In this document: in pieces, positions 11,300 through 21,825 of the stretch | Layout: every line of letters begins with the position of its first letter | How positions within the stretch are numbered: position 1 is the first letter of the stretch | Assembly (NCBI GenBank): GCA_963777505.1 | Contig: CAVZQN010000008.1 | Location: 128,001-192,000 of the forward strand | Source of the DNA: an uncultured bacterium | GTDB lineage: Bacteria > Acidobacteriota > HRBIN11 > JAKEFK01 | Direction: 5' to 3' | DNA: 64,000 nucleotides | Translations under genes and position numbers: made by a program | The notes under the pieces: generated by a model | The model's input: the letters and a program-made list of their open reading frames with translations, nothing else | Databases searched by the model: none | What the model was told of the DNA's origin: nothing

Positions 11300-11671
11300 A
11301 TGATAACGATAGATGGACGTTCGCCGGTTCCAATTTTTGAGCAGGTAAAGTCAGGGTTTCGAGGTTTGGTAGCACGTGGTCTTATAAAGCCGGGCGAACA
11401 AATTCCAGCCATCCGCAATTTAGCTGAAATACTGCGAGTCAATCCAAATACAATTGCGCGCGCCTATCGCGAATTGATTCAAGAAGGATTTTTAGAATCC
11501 CGTCGCGGCGAAGGCAATTTCATTTCAATGAATGCACGCCAAAACATGAACAATGGACTCGAGGTAGCGAAGCAGAATTTGAAAGATGCAGTTCAAATGG
11601 CACGTCGATCAGGCCTCAATTGGAAAGACATCCAATCAATCGTGGCTCGAACTAGAGGGGAAAAAGAATGA
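11300..11671 (+). CDS. GntR family regulator, YtrA subfamily
   Basis: PIFEQV..IPAIRNLAEILRVNPNTIARAYREL..RRGEG, short C-terminus, upstream of an ABC ATPase. Confidence 0.92.
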   Translation: MITIDGRSPVPIFEQVKSGFRGLVARGLIKPGEQIPAIRNLAEILRVNPNTIARAYRELIQEGFLESRRGEGNFISMNARQNMNNGLEVAKQNLKDAVQMARRSGLNWKDIQSIVARTRGEKE

Positions 11672-12570
11672 ACGAAAAATCGAATCAAAATGCAATTGTT
11701 CTTGAACATGTTCAAAAGTCATTCGGCAAAAAAGAAGTACTGAAAGACGTTACAGGATCAATCCAATACGGAAAAACTATAGGGTTACTTGGTCGTAATG
11801 GCGAAGGCAAAACAACTTTATTTCGCATTCTCCTTGACATCCTCGCGTTCGATCGGGGAACGGTTCGATTACAGGGTCACACTCCGGATGGTTCAGGAAA
11901 AATCAGATGCATCGCCGGCTATGTGCCCGAACGGCCTACCTTTCATCCTTTCATGAGTATCAGCGATGTCTTTCACTATCGACAGCGCATCCTTCCCTCT
12001 TGGGATTCTTTACTCGCACTTGAAACAGCAAAACAACTTGAACTGGATTTGACCACTTCAATCAAAGGTGCCAGTAAAGGAACTCTGGCAAAGACAGCCT
12101 GGATATGCGCAACAGCGCATCGACCTAAAACACTTCTTCTGGATGAACCTACTTCAGGTCTCGACATCATTGTCCGCGATTCCCTTTTAACTCAATGCAT
12201 CCGCGAGCAAGCTTTTGAAGATAAAACGATCATCATTGCAAGTCATCATCTTGAAGATTGGTTAAATCTGCTTGATGAAATTTGGGTTCTATCACAAGGA
12301 ACTATTTCCGCATGTCATAAGTTGGAGGATCTGCGTGAAAATGCACTTCGCATAACAGGAACTTTAAGGCAAGCAAATCCTCCGGAAGGATTGGAAATCA
12401 TTGAAGAATTCCGAAACGGAAATCTTGTTGCATGGCTCACCATTGATCCGGCAACTTCGCAAAAACTTCAATCAATACCTGTATTGGATCAAATGGAAAT
12501 TGAACCGCTACCGTTGGAATCGACTTTAAAGCTTCTGCTGTTAAAGAAGGAGGTTACGCATGCTCGCTAA
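11668..12570 (+). CDS. ABC transporter ATP-binding protein (YtrB-like)
   Basis: GRNGEGKTT, LLLDEPTSGLD, ASH switch. Confidence 0.92.
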   Translation: MNEKSNQNAIVLEHVQKSFGKKEVLKDVTGSIQYGKTIGLLGRNGEGKTTLFRILLDILAFDRGTVRLQGHTPDGSGKIRCIAGYVPERPTFHPFMSISDVFHYRQRILPSWDSLLALETAKQLELDLTTSIKGASKGTLAKTAWICATAHRPKTLLLDEPTSGLDIIVRDSLLTQCIREQAFEDKTIIIASHHLEDWLNLLDEIWVLSQGTISACHKLEDLRENALRITGTLRQANPPEGLEIIEEFRNGNLVAWLTIDPATSQKLQSIPVLDQMEIEPLPLESTLKLLLLKKEVTHAR

Positions 12571-14507
12571 TGTGATGCGTCTCGAATTTAGAAAACAAAG
12601 GCAGGATTTTCTCGTTGTTGTAGGAATCGCAGCAGCGGTTGTACTTTGCTTCCTGGCAGAAGCTGTTTACAGAAATCGAAATCTTGGTGAAGTATTAAAA
12701 GATGTTTTCGCAATACTGACCGTGGGCTTTGTTATTGTACTGGCTCTAACGGGAGCAACTTCTGCACGCAATTTAAGAAATGAACCTTACAAGAGTGCCG
12801 AAGAAGCTTTACCCTTTTCTTCAGCTCAAAAAACTTTAGGTGCATATCTTGTTAACGTTCTGTATCTGTTAGCGGGAAGTTCCCTCTTTTTACTCGGCGC
12901 CTACACATTCGGCTCATCAAAAAATTTAAGTTGGATGCAGCCGGCTCTTTCTATTTTGCTAATCATTCATTTCCATATGCTCTGTTTTATATTTGCCTAC
13001 TGGTTGAATCACAATGTTCTGGCAATCGTAATCGCTGCACTCATCGTTTGGTTTGAAAGAGTTTTCGTTCTGCAAAGATCTTTTTTCCTGCTGTTTCTTC
13101 ACAATCCATACGTGTCGGAAGCCGAGCCTATTCAAACTTTGTGGTCGACTACTTCTTTTATTCTGAGCTTCGTTGGAGGACTCGTCGCGCTGGCACTGAT
13201 TTCTACACGAATTGAAAGACAACAACGGCTTCGGTGGATCCCTGGATTTGTTGCCTCTGTGATATTGATTTCCGGAGGCATTCTTTTTTTTCTAGATTTG
13301 CTTGGAACGTCTTACAAAGCTCAAACCAGGCTAGTGGAAGGAAATTATTATTATTTGGTTAATGAATATTTGACTCCGCCATCGGAACTAACCGAGAACA
13401 GTGGGCTTTACCTTAGTACTCATACGGGAAATATGCTGCATATCACCCCCGAGCGCCGAAATGTGTTGCGGAAAGTTCCACTAACTCTACTTAATTTGCT
13501 TTCAAAACCAAAAGAGCTTGATGTGATCACTGCACATAAAGACTCTAATACAGGGGAATTCTGGGCAATTATTCGCAATGATGAAACAGACGGAAAGGAC
13601 TTCGGAATTTGGAGATCAACCAAAGGTGAGAAGTTAGATACTTCACAGTGAGTTTGCTTCAAAGGGAGTATGGCCATCTTATTTTATCGACTGCGGCACA
13701 AAGAAGTGCATATACGGATATACGCCAACGAAGATTGCACGTGCGACTCTTGCAGAGAGCGGATTAAGTGAGTGGCAATTCTTTCCAAGGGATCCTGAAC
13801 GTGGCTTTCTTGGAGAAATTCGAAATATTTTGTTTAAGGAGAAGCTGGAAAGTGGCAAAGTTGCTTCGCTATCTCCAGACAAAAAGATTCTGTCACGGCA
13901 ACTATCTGATGGAACTGTTCAAAAATGGTCCCTTCCGGGAACAGGTGAGCTCTATTCATTTATGGCAACAAGTTTGCCCCCCGCATTTTACAAAAATAAC
14001 CAACCTTATTTTGTATTGCCTGTTTCTGATGAAAAGAATGTTGCCCTTTACGTCTGCAATGTGGATGGTTCGATTACGCGTCTAGGCACCAAGAGCTGGA
14101 CGAATAATCATCGATTCACGGGGGAAAGCGTTCCGGGTGGAGGATCTGCCTGGGTGATAAGAGATTTAGTTACTTGGAAAGCAAAAGAAGTTTTATTCCT
14201 ATCAGAAACCGGAATTGTATATCCGCCTTTCAAAATACAAACAACTCCTGAATATTCATATTTTGTAAATATCGTTAAAAAAGAAAACGAAGTGTTATGG
14301 ATTTTAACGGGAGAGAATCTTTCAAAAATTCATTTAGGAACTGGACAGACTTTGCAGAAGTTTGATTTAAATTTAGAAAGTGAAAAATATTTTGAAAATA
14401 TTTTTCGCAGCAGAACAAAGGAAGGGGTCTATTTCGTCAAAGACGAACGGATTTGTTTGATTGATTGGAACGGAAAGATCAGCGATTTAGGTCCGGACAG
14501 TTTGTAG
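12560..14507 (+). CDS. ABC-2-type membrane protein with large C-terminal soluble domain, frameshifted near 13637
   Basis: Multiple TM segments; the frame of ORF 13830..14507 is open back to about 13638 (ILHSEFASKG...). Confidence 0.65.
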
Positions 14508-14605
14508 ACTGCAATACTTCCCGGGTTGTACAAAGCCGCCTCCGCACCTTCACACCGGGGGCGGCATTACAATCTTACGAAGGCTTCCGAAGTACAATCA
14601 ACGAT

Positions 14606-15409
14606 GTGGAAACATTTCTCTATATCATCCTCTTTTCTGTTTTCGGTCTGTTCATCCTTCTAATCATTGGAGCGTGGCTTCATTCCCGCTGGACAGAGTT
14701 TTTAGAGAAAATAGTTCTAAAACGAACTGGCCGAAGAAATTCAAGTTCTACCAAAAAGACAAAAGAGCAAGAATTATTACCTTCACAATTCCACGATGTC
14801 AGTGCAGATCTGGCACCAATAGTTCTCGCGATTTATGACAGCGTCAAACGATACAAGGATCTTTCCTTGACCAACATAAATAAACACTATTACTTCATCG
14901 CCCGGTCAAAACGTTATGAACTTAGAATTACACTTTCTCCTGCTGATTCCAAAAATTACTTTCTGAACGCAGTTTTAGAAGGCGGACATCCCCACGAATT
15001 CACAGTAGAGCAATCAAAGTTTAGAAATAAGAGTTTAGAGATCTCTGAAAGTGATATTGCATCATTTTTAGAAGCACTTTCATTTTTTTCAAAAGTAGTA
15101 GCCAAACCTGGAATTCTCAGCGCAGATCGAACTTTGCAACTGGATACTTCGATGGAGAATTGGCCTCAAGTATTGTCAGCCTTCATTCGCCTTGGACGAT
15201 TCTTAATGGATACTGAGGTTCGCCAAAAAATTCTGGAAGCTGCCGATGTTCTGTGTCCGTATTGTCGTGGTGAGTTCACAACAAAAGATGACACCGTTTC
15301 TTGCCGCGAGTGCAATACACGACATCATAAAGAGTGTTGGGAAGAAGTGGGACGTTGTTCAGTATTCGGCTGCCGTAGCAAATCTGAAATTGTAATTACG
15401 CAGAGTTAG
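14606..15409 (+). CDS. Membrane-anchored protein with C-terminal prokaryotic RING-like zinc finger
   Basis: N-terminal TM helix; CPYC-x11-CREC-x3-HxxCW-x5-CSVFGC; GTG start inferred. Confidence 0.75.
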   Translation: METFLYIILFSVFGLFILLIIGAWLHSRWTEFLEKIVLKRTGRRNSSSTKKTKEQELLPSQFHDVSADLAPIVLAIYDSVKRYKDLSLTNINKHYYFIARSKRYELRITLSPADSKNYFLNAVLEGGHPHEFTVEQSKFRNKSLEISESDIASFLEALSFFSKVVAKPGILSADRTLQLDTSMENWPQVLSAFIRLGRFLMDTEVRQKILEAADVLCPYCRGEFTTKDDTVSCRECNTRHHKECWEEVGRCSVFGCRSKSEIVITQS

Positions 15410-15416
15410 AAAGAGA

Positions 15417-15442
15417 GGGCGGGTCTAATGACCCGCCCCTAC
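15417..15442 (-). repeat. GTAG-type REP (family A), possible bidirectional terminator
   Basis: GTAGGGGCGGGTCATTAGACCCGCCC between convergent genes. Confidence 0.8.
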
Positions 15443-15452
15443 CAATCAAAAC

Positions 15453-18400
15453 TTATTGTTGCGTGATTCTTACATCATCCACACCAGCTTCTACAAGACT
15501 TGCAGTACTTGCGTCTGCTGCTTCGATTCGGATTCTAACAGTTTGACCAGCAAAAGCACTGATGTTGGCTGATCCTGTAATCCATGCTCCATTGTCATTT
15601 TCAGTTCCGCCTAACTCTTGCAAGACTTGTTGAGTCGTTGATCCAACCACAAAGACGCGGAAGAAATCCGCTGTTGAGCTGTTGGTTCCATGAGCGAGGT
15701 AATAACTGAACGACAATGTCAGCGTTCCAGATGAAGGCAACACAATAGGCGGAGATTGAATTGAAGTGACACCACTATCGATATCAAAATCGCCTGCTGC
15801 AGTTCCTGCGGCAGCGCCAGTGACCAGATCATTAACACCACTAACAGTTGTTCCAAGCTGTTTGGTTCCACTTGAAGTGGTTTGCTGCGGGTCACCACGT
15901 TGCCACTGACCGGTGGTTGCGGTATCGGTTCCATTAGGATTCGTGATCCATCCCAGACTTGTTTCAAAGTTATCGAAGAACACCGTTGTAACGGGTGTGC
16001 TTGTAACTGCGAAGACCAGGTCATCACGATCGTTGTATGCACCTGCTGCGCATGCTGTTGCCGAACTTTGATATCGGAACTGCACACGAACAGCCTGTAG
16101 TGCGCCACCATTCGGCATTGTGTATGTGATAGACAAATTTTGTGCGCCGGCTGCTGTTGGTGTTCTACTACCGATGAACACCCAGCTTGGAGCGTTCGCA
16201 TCAGCAGCGTAGAAGAAGTCTGCTGTATCTGCTGAAGGAGTAGTCCATGCCCAAACCGTTGCATCTATCTGAACAGTCTTTCCCGGTGCAAAATTTGTCC
16301 CATCCGTTGTGAAGACGCGGATGCGATCATTGGATTCATCAGAATGGAATGCACCTGATGTTCCATCGGCACAGGAATCATTGATCGTATTTGGTTGATT
16401 CGGTTCTGGTCCAAGATTCGCGCGACCAAGAACGAGCGATGTTCCAGTATCGCAAGAGGCGCCAAGACTTGCACATTTTGGCGCTTGCAAAACAGGATCG
16501 AATACAGCGGTTCCACCTGTCGCGTTATTTACAGTCACATTGATCGATAGGCTTTGTCCCATGTTTCCAGCTGCATCAAAAGCTCTGGAGAAAATCGAAT
16601 GGCTGCCATTTGCAACTGTAGTCGTATTCCAGTTAACGCTGTAAGGCGAAGAAGCATCGCTTCCAACCAAACCGCCATCAACATAGAATTCGACATTTGT
16701 TACACCAACGTTGTCTGCTGCATTCGCATTGATTGCGATCGTGCCGCTGACAGTTGCTCCATTTACAGGCGATGTGATCGATGTTGTTGGTGGTGTTGTA
16801 TCACCGCCACCTCCGCCTGTTGGTGTAGCAGACGCGCATCCACTCTGTGCAGGTCCAAAACAAGAATTCGAAGCAGCAACAGCTACAACGTTGTAATAGT
16901 AGGTCCGTCCGTTTACGACTTCGGTATCAACATACGAAGTGCCGGTCGGACTTGCCTTCAGCGCTTTGCCATAACTACATCCTGCATGTCCTTCCGTACG
17001 AAGCACCCAATATTTTGCAGCGCCTGAAACAGCATTCCACGAAAGTGAAATCTGATGATCCCCTGCTGTTGCATTCACTGTTGGCGCAACAGTGGGTGCT
17101 CCTGCACATCCGCTGTTGACAGGCGTTGGAGTTGCACACGCCATGTTGTGACGGTTAAATGCGTTAAACAACGCTGTCATGTGCGGCGTGCCATTATTGA
17201 TGTTGCCATCATCATCATCGGCAGCAAGCCACTGCATGTAACCATTCGTGCTTCCGCAACCATTGGATGTCGATGGACATGTACATGCATGCCACGCACC
17301 AACATTACCGCTTCCTTGATAGAAAACTTTGTTTCCAATCATGAATGCGGTATTGGAATTGAAACCTGCCGCTGGTAGATCACGCGCAACAAAGTCCCAT
17401 GCCGCTTGACGTGTTGGTGCAGCTGTGCAATGCGTCTGACGTCCGCACAATCCTGTACTCGGCAAACAACTTATGCAGGTGTAATTCGCAGGAGTGTCCG
17501 GAGTGTTCGGAGTATGGCGTGCAAAATCTGCATCACGTACACCGGAACAATTTGTGTCGCAATGAGCCGCACCTTGTTGTGCTTCATTGGCATTGAATCC
17601 CGTACCATCTGCAGTTTGTCCGCATCCATCATCAGCGGTTGAGAAGAAACCATAACCAACGCATGAAGATTGATAACGATAGATCGCAGCAATATCAGCA
17701 TATCCTTCACTGGAACTACTGAGTGCGCCTGCTGAATCGTTATCATCCATTCCATGGCCCCACTCATGATCAAAAACGCCGGCGAGTTCACCAGTATTTC
17801 TGCAACCGCCGCCGCTTCGATAAAAATTAATTGTGGAACCATTCCAAAATCCATTGCATGTCTGATTAATGTTGACGTTGGCCGTTAACTGATTTTGCAA
17901 CCATGTGTTGGTTGGCAACCAACCACGTGCTTGTTCTGCAATTTTATTCACTTCATAAAATGCAGATCGCGATGGTGCAGTATTTCCGGCTGAACTTCCT
18001 GCCGGAACCGTGCAATCATGCTGGCCATTCGTTCCACCCATCAAGATGTCTCCGGTACTCGAACTCTGGCTGATTGCGCCGCAATTATCCAGAATACGAA
18101 CATACCGTCCGCTCAGTGTTGTGGTAACAGTTCCGCTTGTGTAGTTATAAACACCAGCACTGTTTGTGAAATTGTTTGGAGCAGCTAGACCTGTATTTGC
18201 CCAGGGCATTGGATAATCTGCCTGCATAATTCCGCAGAATTCTGCAGATGGACAAATGCCTGTGCTTGTGAGCGGATAAACACCACCATTAATTTTCCTA
18301 TTTACATAATGGTTCTTATCCTGAAACGCGAGTAATTCGCCAGAATGTGCATCGACAATCATTTCCCAACGCGCAAGTTCAGGAGCTCTTTCAAAACCAA

Positions 18401-19202
18401 ATGTCCAAACCAGTCGATGTCCAAATCCTTCACCCACTGGCCCAACATAAGCTTCACCCGATTTACCACTTGCGGACGCAACCGGAATAATTTCTAATCC
18501 GGCTTCTTTCCACATTACGTCATTACTTTGTTTTCCATCGACATATTTAAAGCCGATTTCCAACGCTGCTGCTGAAGTGATTTTAGGCTTTGTATCAATT
18601 TTTACATTGCCCCATCCTTCAGTTCCCATCGTAACAAGATTGCCATGATTAATCGTTGCTGAAACACGGCCTTCTCGCACTGTGATTCCATTTACGACTT
18701 GAGGGAAATTTATGTGCCATAGATCTTCAGATACTTGAACCGCTCGCACTTTACCAAGCTGCAATAAATCAATCTGAAACGCAGCCTGATTTTCTTTTAA
18801 GAACCCACGCATCAATTCGCCAACGACTTTCGCTGTTACGTTATTAATCGGTCGTCCGAGTTTGTTGCTAAGGTCCGCTTTTTGAAGAGTGTTGTTGAAT
18901 CCATTTCCAGGAATCATCGGAATAGCCCCAATGACATTGGAAGGTGTTCCTGATCTTGGATCCAAAAAGATTTGGAAATTTAATCCATTCTTTCCTAAAA
19001 AGCTGTCCCATTCGCTCCGGTTTGCGAGTTGTACGCTAACATCTTCCAGACCAACATGAGAAGTGCTGATATACAGGTCCGGTTTGAAAAATTCTCTTTC
19101 TTCCAAGGGACCTGGATTTTTTTTCGGCGTAAGTGCCAAACTGAAAGATGTTGCGAGCAAAAATGCTCCGATAAGGAAGGTGACGGTGAACAGTCTTTTC
19201 AT
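15453..19202 (-). CDS. Large secreted metallo-endopeptidase (M4/M36-like) with FN3, Ig-like and C-terminal beta domains
   Basis: Signal peptide, PepSY-like VDAHSGELL, HEWGHGMD..SEGYAD, FN3 (LSWNAVSGA..YYYNV), Ig (DTTPPTTSITSP..VEFYVDG). Confidence 0.8.
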   Translation of the reverse strand: MKRLFTVTFLIGAFLLATSFSLALTPKKNPGPLEEREFFKPDLYISTSHVGLEDVSVQLANRSEWDSFLGKNGLNFQIFLDPRSGTPSNVIGAIPMIPGNGFNNTLQKADLSNKLGRPINNVTAKVVGELMRGFLKENQAAFQIDLLQLGKVRAVQVSEDLWHINFPQVVNGITVREGRVSATINHGNLVTMGTEGWGNVKIDTKPKITSAAALEIGFKYVDGKQSNDVMWKEAGLEIIPVASASGKSGEAYVGPVGEGFGHRLVWTFGFERAPELARWEMIVDAHSGELLAFQDKNHYVNRKINGGVYPLTSTGICPSAEFCGIMQADYPMPWANTGLAAPNNFTNSAGVYNYTSGTVTTTLSGRYVRILDNCGAISQSSSTGDILMGGTNGQHDCTVPAGSSAGNTAPSRSAFYEVNKIAEQARGWLPTNTWLQNQLTANVNINQTCNGFWNGSTINFYRSGGGCRNTGELAGVFDHEWGHGMDDNDSAGALSSSSEGYADIAAIYRYQSSCVGYGFFSTADDGCGQTADGTGFNANEAQQGAAHCDTNCSGVRDADFARHTPNTPDTPANYTCISCLPSTGLCGRQTHCTAAPTRQAAWDFVARDLPAAGFNSNTAFMIGNKVFYQGSGNVGAWHACTCPSTSNGCGSTNGYMQWLAADDDDGNINNGTPHMTALFNAFNRHNMACATPTPVNSGCAGAPTVAPTVNATAGDHQISLSWNAVSGAAKYWVLRTEGHAGCSYGKALKASPTGTSYVDTEVVNGRTYYYNVVAVAASNSCFGPAQSGCASATPTGGGGGDTTPPTTSITSPVNGATVSGTIAINANAADNVGVTNVEFYVDGGLVGSDASSPYSVNWNTTTVANGSHSIFSRAFDAAGNMGQSLSINVTVNNATGGTAVFDPVLQAPKCASLGASCDTGTSLVLGRANLGPEPNQPNTINDSCADGTSGAFHSDESNDRIRVFTTDGTNFAPGKTVQIDATVWAWTTPSADTADFFYAADANAPSWVFIGSRTPTAAGAQNLSITYTMPNGGALQAVRVQFRYQSSATACAAGAYNDRDDLVFAVTSTPVTTVFFDNFETSLGWITNPNGTDTATTGQWQRGDPQQTTSSGTKQLGTTVSGVNDLVTGAAAGTAAGDFDIDSGVTSIQSPPIVLPSSGTLTLSFSYYLAHGTNSSTADFFRVFVVGSTTQQVLQELGGTENDNGAWITGSANISAFAGQTVRIRIEAADASTASLVEAGVDDVRITQQ

Positions 19203-19321
19203 AACCCCTCCTAAGGAGTTGGCTGATTTTGTTGAAAAAATCTGTTGTTGTTTTGGTTAGAGTCGACAATCTGTTCCGCAGACAAGAGTCGTGTCTGCAA
19301 CAGTCAACTGTAGAATTGTGG

Positions 19322-19337
19322 AGCAAAGTCCGTGCCT
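19322..19337 (-). promoter_or_regulatory. Sigma54 -24/-12 promoter
   Basis: AGGCACGGACTTTGCT (GG-N10-GC) about 120 nt upstream of the peptidase ATG. Confidence 0.7.
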
Positions 19338-19511
19338 GCCTTAATATATGATGAAGATGGACCATTCTCGACGATAACGGTCATTTTGCGGTTCATAATG
19401 TGAAACGACGATAGCCAACAAATGTTGGCATACTCTGAAGCCAGAGGAGACATTCTTCTCGGAAAATGTCGCTGTTCAGATTATTGCGTTTCTGCAAACG
19501 CTTGTTTACAT

Positions 19512-19584
19512 GTAGGGGCGGGTCTAAGACCCGCCCGTTTGGATTATTTTGTTTGTATAGGACGGTTCTTTGATCCGCCTCAAT
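19512..19584 (+). repeat. GTAG-type REP (family A) with degenerate inverted partner
   Basis: GTAGGGGCGGGTCTAAGACCCGCCC at 19512-19536. Confidence 0.8.
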
Positions 19585-19622
19585 GCCTCACATTGAGGTA
19601 AGATGGAAATTCTAATTTTTTT

Positions 19623-20498
19623 ATGACACATACTCACAACTCCGATTCGAGCGATCTTCGTGCTCTGCGCGGAGCTTTAATCATCACGGCTTTGTTTTTC
19701 TTCGTTGAGATTGTTGCAGGCTTCTACACGCGAAGCCTGGCATTACTTTCTGATGCAGGCCATATGCTTTCCGATGTGGCTACTCTGCTCATTTCTACAT
19801 ACGCTGCATATCTAACCCGTAGAGCTCCTACATCAAAACGTACGTATGGATATTTTCGGACTGAAGTTCTTGCCGCACTTTTTAATGGAATGACTCTCTG
19901 GTTGATGGTGGGATTTATTTATTTTGAAGCATTTCGAAGAATTTTTAATCCGCAACCAGTATTTGAATCAGGCGTAATCATTGTTGGTGCTGGTGGTTTG
20001 ATCGTTAATTTAGTTGCGGCCTGGCTCCTTCATGGCCATGACAGTATGAACCTTCGATCCGCCTATTATCATGTGATTGCAGATGCATTAGGATCCGTTG
20101 CCGCCTTACTCTCCGGTATTTTAATAGCGATAACAAAATGGTACGGATTTGATCCACTGTTAAGTTTTGTAATTGGAGCACTCGTACTTTACAGTTCCTG
20201 GAGTTTGGTCCGCGATTCAGTTCATATTCTGATGGAATCCGCTCCAAGACATTTAGATCCTGCGGAAATTAGAAAATCTGTTTTGAGTTGTGAAGGTGTA
20301 GCCAATATCCATGATCTTCATGTTTGGAGTATTGGATCCAAATCTCATGCGATGAGTGCTCATATTGTAATTCCTCCCTCTTCTGATCCTTCTGATGTTA
20401 GAACACGTGTTGAAGCAATCCTTCGCAATAGTTTTCATTTGAGTCACACAACACTCCAAATGGAAATTCAGCAGCCATGTGAAGCGCCCCACGCCTAG
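19623..20498 (+). CDS. Cation diffusion facilitator (CzcD/ZitB-like) Zn/Co/Cd exporter
   Basis: SLALLSDAGHMLSD, RTYGYFRTEVLAAL, HVIADALGS, HDLHVWSI. Confidence 0.93.
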   Translation: MTHTHNSDSSDLRALRGALIITALFFFVEIVAGFYTRSLALLSDAGHMLSDVATLLISTYAAYLTRRAPTSKRTYGYFRTEVLAALFNGMTLWLMVGFIYFEAFRRIFNPQPVFESGVIIVGAGGLIVNLVAAWLLHGHDSMNLRSAYYHVIADALGSVAALLSGILIAITKWYGFDPLLSFVIGALVLYSSWSLVRDSVHILMESAPRHLDPAEIRKSVLSCEGVANIHDLHVWSIGSKSHAMSAHIVIPPSSDPSDVRTRVEAILRNSFHLSHTTLQMEIQQPCEAPHA

Positions 20499-20525
20499 CA
20501 AGTCGCCTGAATCCATAATTCTAAT

Positions 20526-20560
20526 CTCCTCTGCTCCCCTGCCCCTCTGCTCCTCTGCGG
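20526..20560 (+). repeat. Four tandem 8-mers (CYCCYCTG)
   Basis: CTCCTCTG CTCCCCTG CCCCTCTG CTCCTCTG CGG. Confidence 0.7.
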
Positions 20561-20650
20561 CATGCAAAGCCGTTTAACCTTTTGTAGTAGAAGTGTAACC
20601 TTCGACCCGTTAGTGGGTTTCAGATGTTGAACCAAGGAGGTAACTCAGAA

Positions 20651-21418
20651 ATGAAAAAAGTTCTGTACGTGATGGTACTCATGCTGCTTCCTCTGGTTTC
20701 GATATCAGGCGCAGACGTTATCCTTTTTGGTCCTGAAGCCTATGAGCGGTCAGAAGGATCACCAAACGTTTTTGATGAAGCATTTGCTACAACTGAAAAC
20801 GATGGGTTTCTGATCGTATTTAACGGAGACGATGAACAGGATTCCCGTGTAACAAGCGGGAACATAACAGTGAACGGAAGTTCGGTTGTGGATCCTGGCG
20901 AGTTAAATGAAACGGTTGAAAGGATCATTAAACCCGTCAATCTAGAAAGCAATAACACAATGCAAATCACACTGGATGGAGAACCTGGTGGATACATCAT
21001 TGTGATGATTGTAAAAGACAAAAAGAACATTCCTGAATTTACAGCAGGGAGAATTCAACTTTCATGGACTTCAATCGCTGATCCGAATGTGACTACCAGT
21101 CTTCGTTTGAAGAATGGTTCCCCACGTTTTCCGCGACGGTTCAAAGTCCGTTTCTTTAATGAAGATGGCACATTGGCTGCTGCTTCAGAAAGAATGGTAC
21201 TGCCTGCACATGGAAGTTTGAATTCTGCTTTGACATCATTTCTACCCGTCGGTGCAACATGGACAGCTGGAAGTGTTGAGATTGTTTTTGTTGGACCAGG
21301 TGGTGGAAAAATCTTGGGATTCGGAATTCAAACCAACAGTTCTTTACAGACTGAAACCTCAGTTCCACTCCAAAATGGCGGCTTGCGCCACAATTTCGAA
21401 GATAAGAAAAAGAAATAA
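20651..21418 (+). CDS. Secreted hypothetical protein
   Basis: AGGAGG SD, signal peptide MKKVLYVMVLMLL, beta-rich. Confidence 0.75.
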   Translation: MKKVLYVMVLMLLPLVSISGADVILFGPEAYERSEGSPNVFDEAFATTENDGFLIVFNGDDEQDSRVTSGNITVNGSSVVDPGELNETVERIIKPVNLESNNTMQITLDGEPGGYIIVMIVKDKKNIPEFTAGRIQLSWTSIADPNVTTSLRLKNGSPRFPRRFKVRFFNEDGTLAAASERMVLPAHGSLNSALTSFLPVGATWTAGSVEIVFVGPGGGKILGFGIQTNSSLQTETSVPLQNGGLRHNFEDKKKK

Positions 21419-21424
21419 CGGCCT

Positions 21425-21486
21425 GATAAGCTCCTTCAACGGAGTGGCTGAGTACCAGCCGGGGCGGTGTCCGCCCCGGCCTTATC
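21425..21486 (+). ncRNA. Candidate structured 3'-UTR RNA (4-way junction) containing a terminator-like stem
   Basis: Four contiguous helices, including the 10-bp GCCGGGGCGG/CCGCCCCGGC. Confidence 0.45.
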
Positions 21487-21511
21487 CTGAATGCGATGAA
21501 ATGCGAGATAG

Positions 21512-21739
21512 TCAGAACAAGGTTGGACTTTTTTTATCCTTACGTGTTTTCGAAAAGAGCCGGGTTAAGATTCTTGATTTCCAATACAGCGGATCGCTAA
21601 CAGGTGTTTCAATAGTGATGTCTGTTAAATTGCTGGCATGACGTGCTAATTTTTCAACTAACTCTTCGATCGAATTTGCTTTAACTCTAAGTGCATATTT
21701 CCGTTTGCGCTTTGTTTGCAATCTCACTTTCCACTTCAT
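21512..21739 (-). CDS. Small basic hypothetical protein
   Basis: 75-aa ORF with a GAAGG SD-like sequence, fills the intergenic gap. Confidence 0.5.
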   Translation of the reverse strand: MKWKVRLQTKRKRKYALRVKANSIEELVEKLARHASNLTDITIETPVSDPLYWKSRILTRLFSKTRKDKKSPTLF

Positions 21740-21825
21740 ACACGCCTTCTGTTGATACCTTTATTTAACCACGAAGTTTAATCCTACTCTCCTTGTGATA
21801 AGATTGCTCTTCAACGAGGCTTTCG

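Noticed and set aside
15719-17854. Many alternate-frame ORFs within the large protease
   Set aside because: Shadow ORFs with no motifs or start signals.
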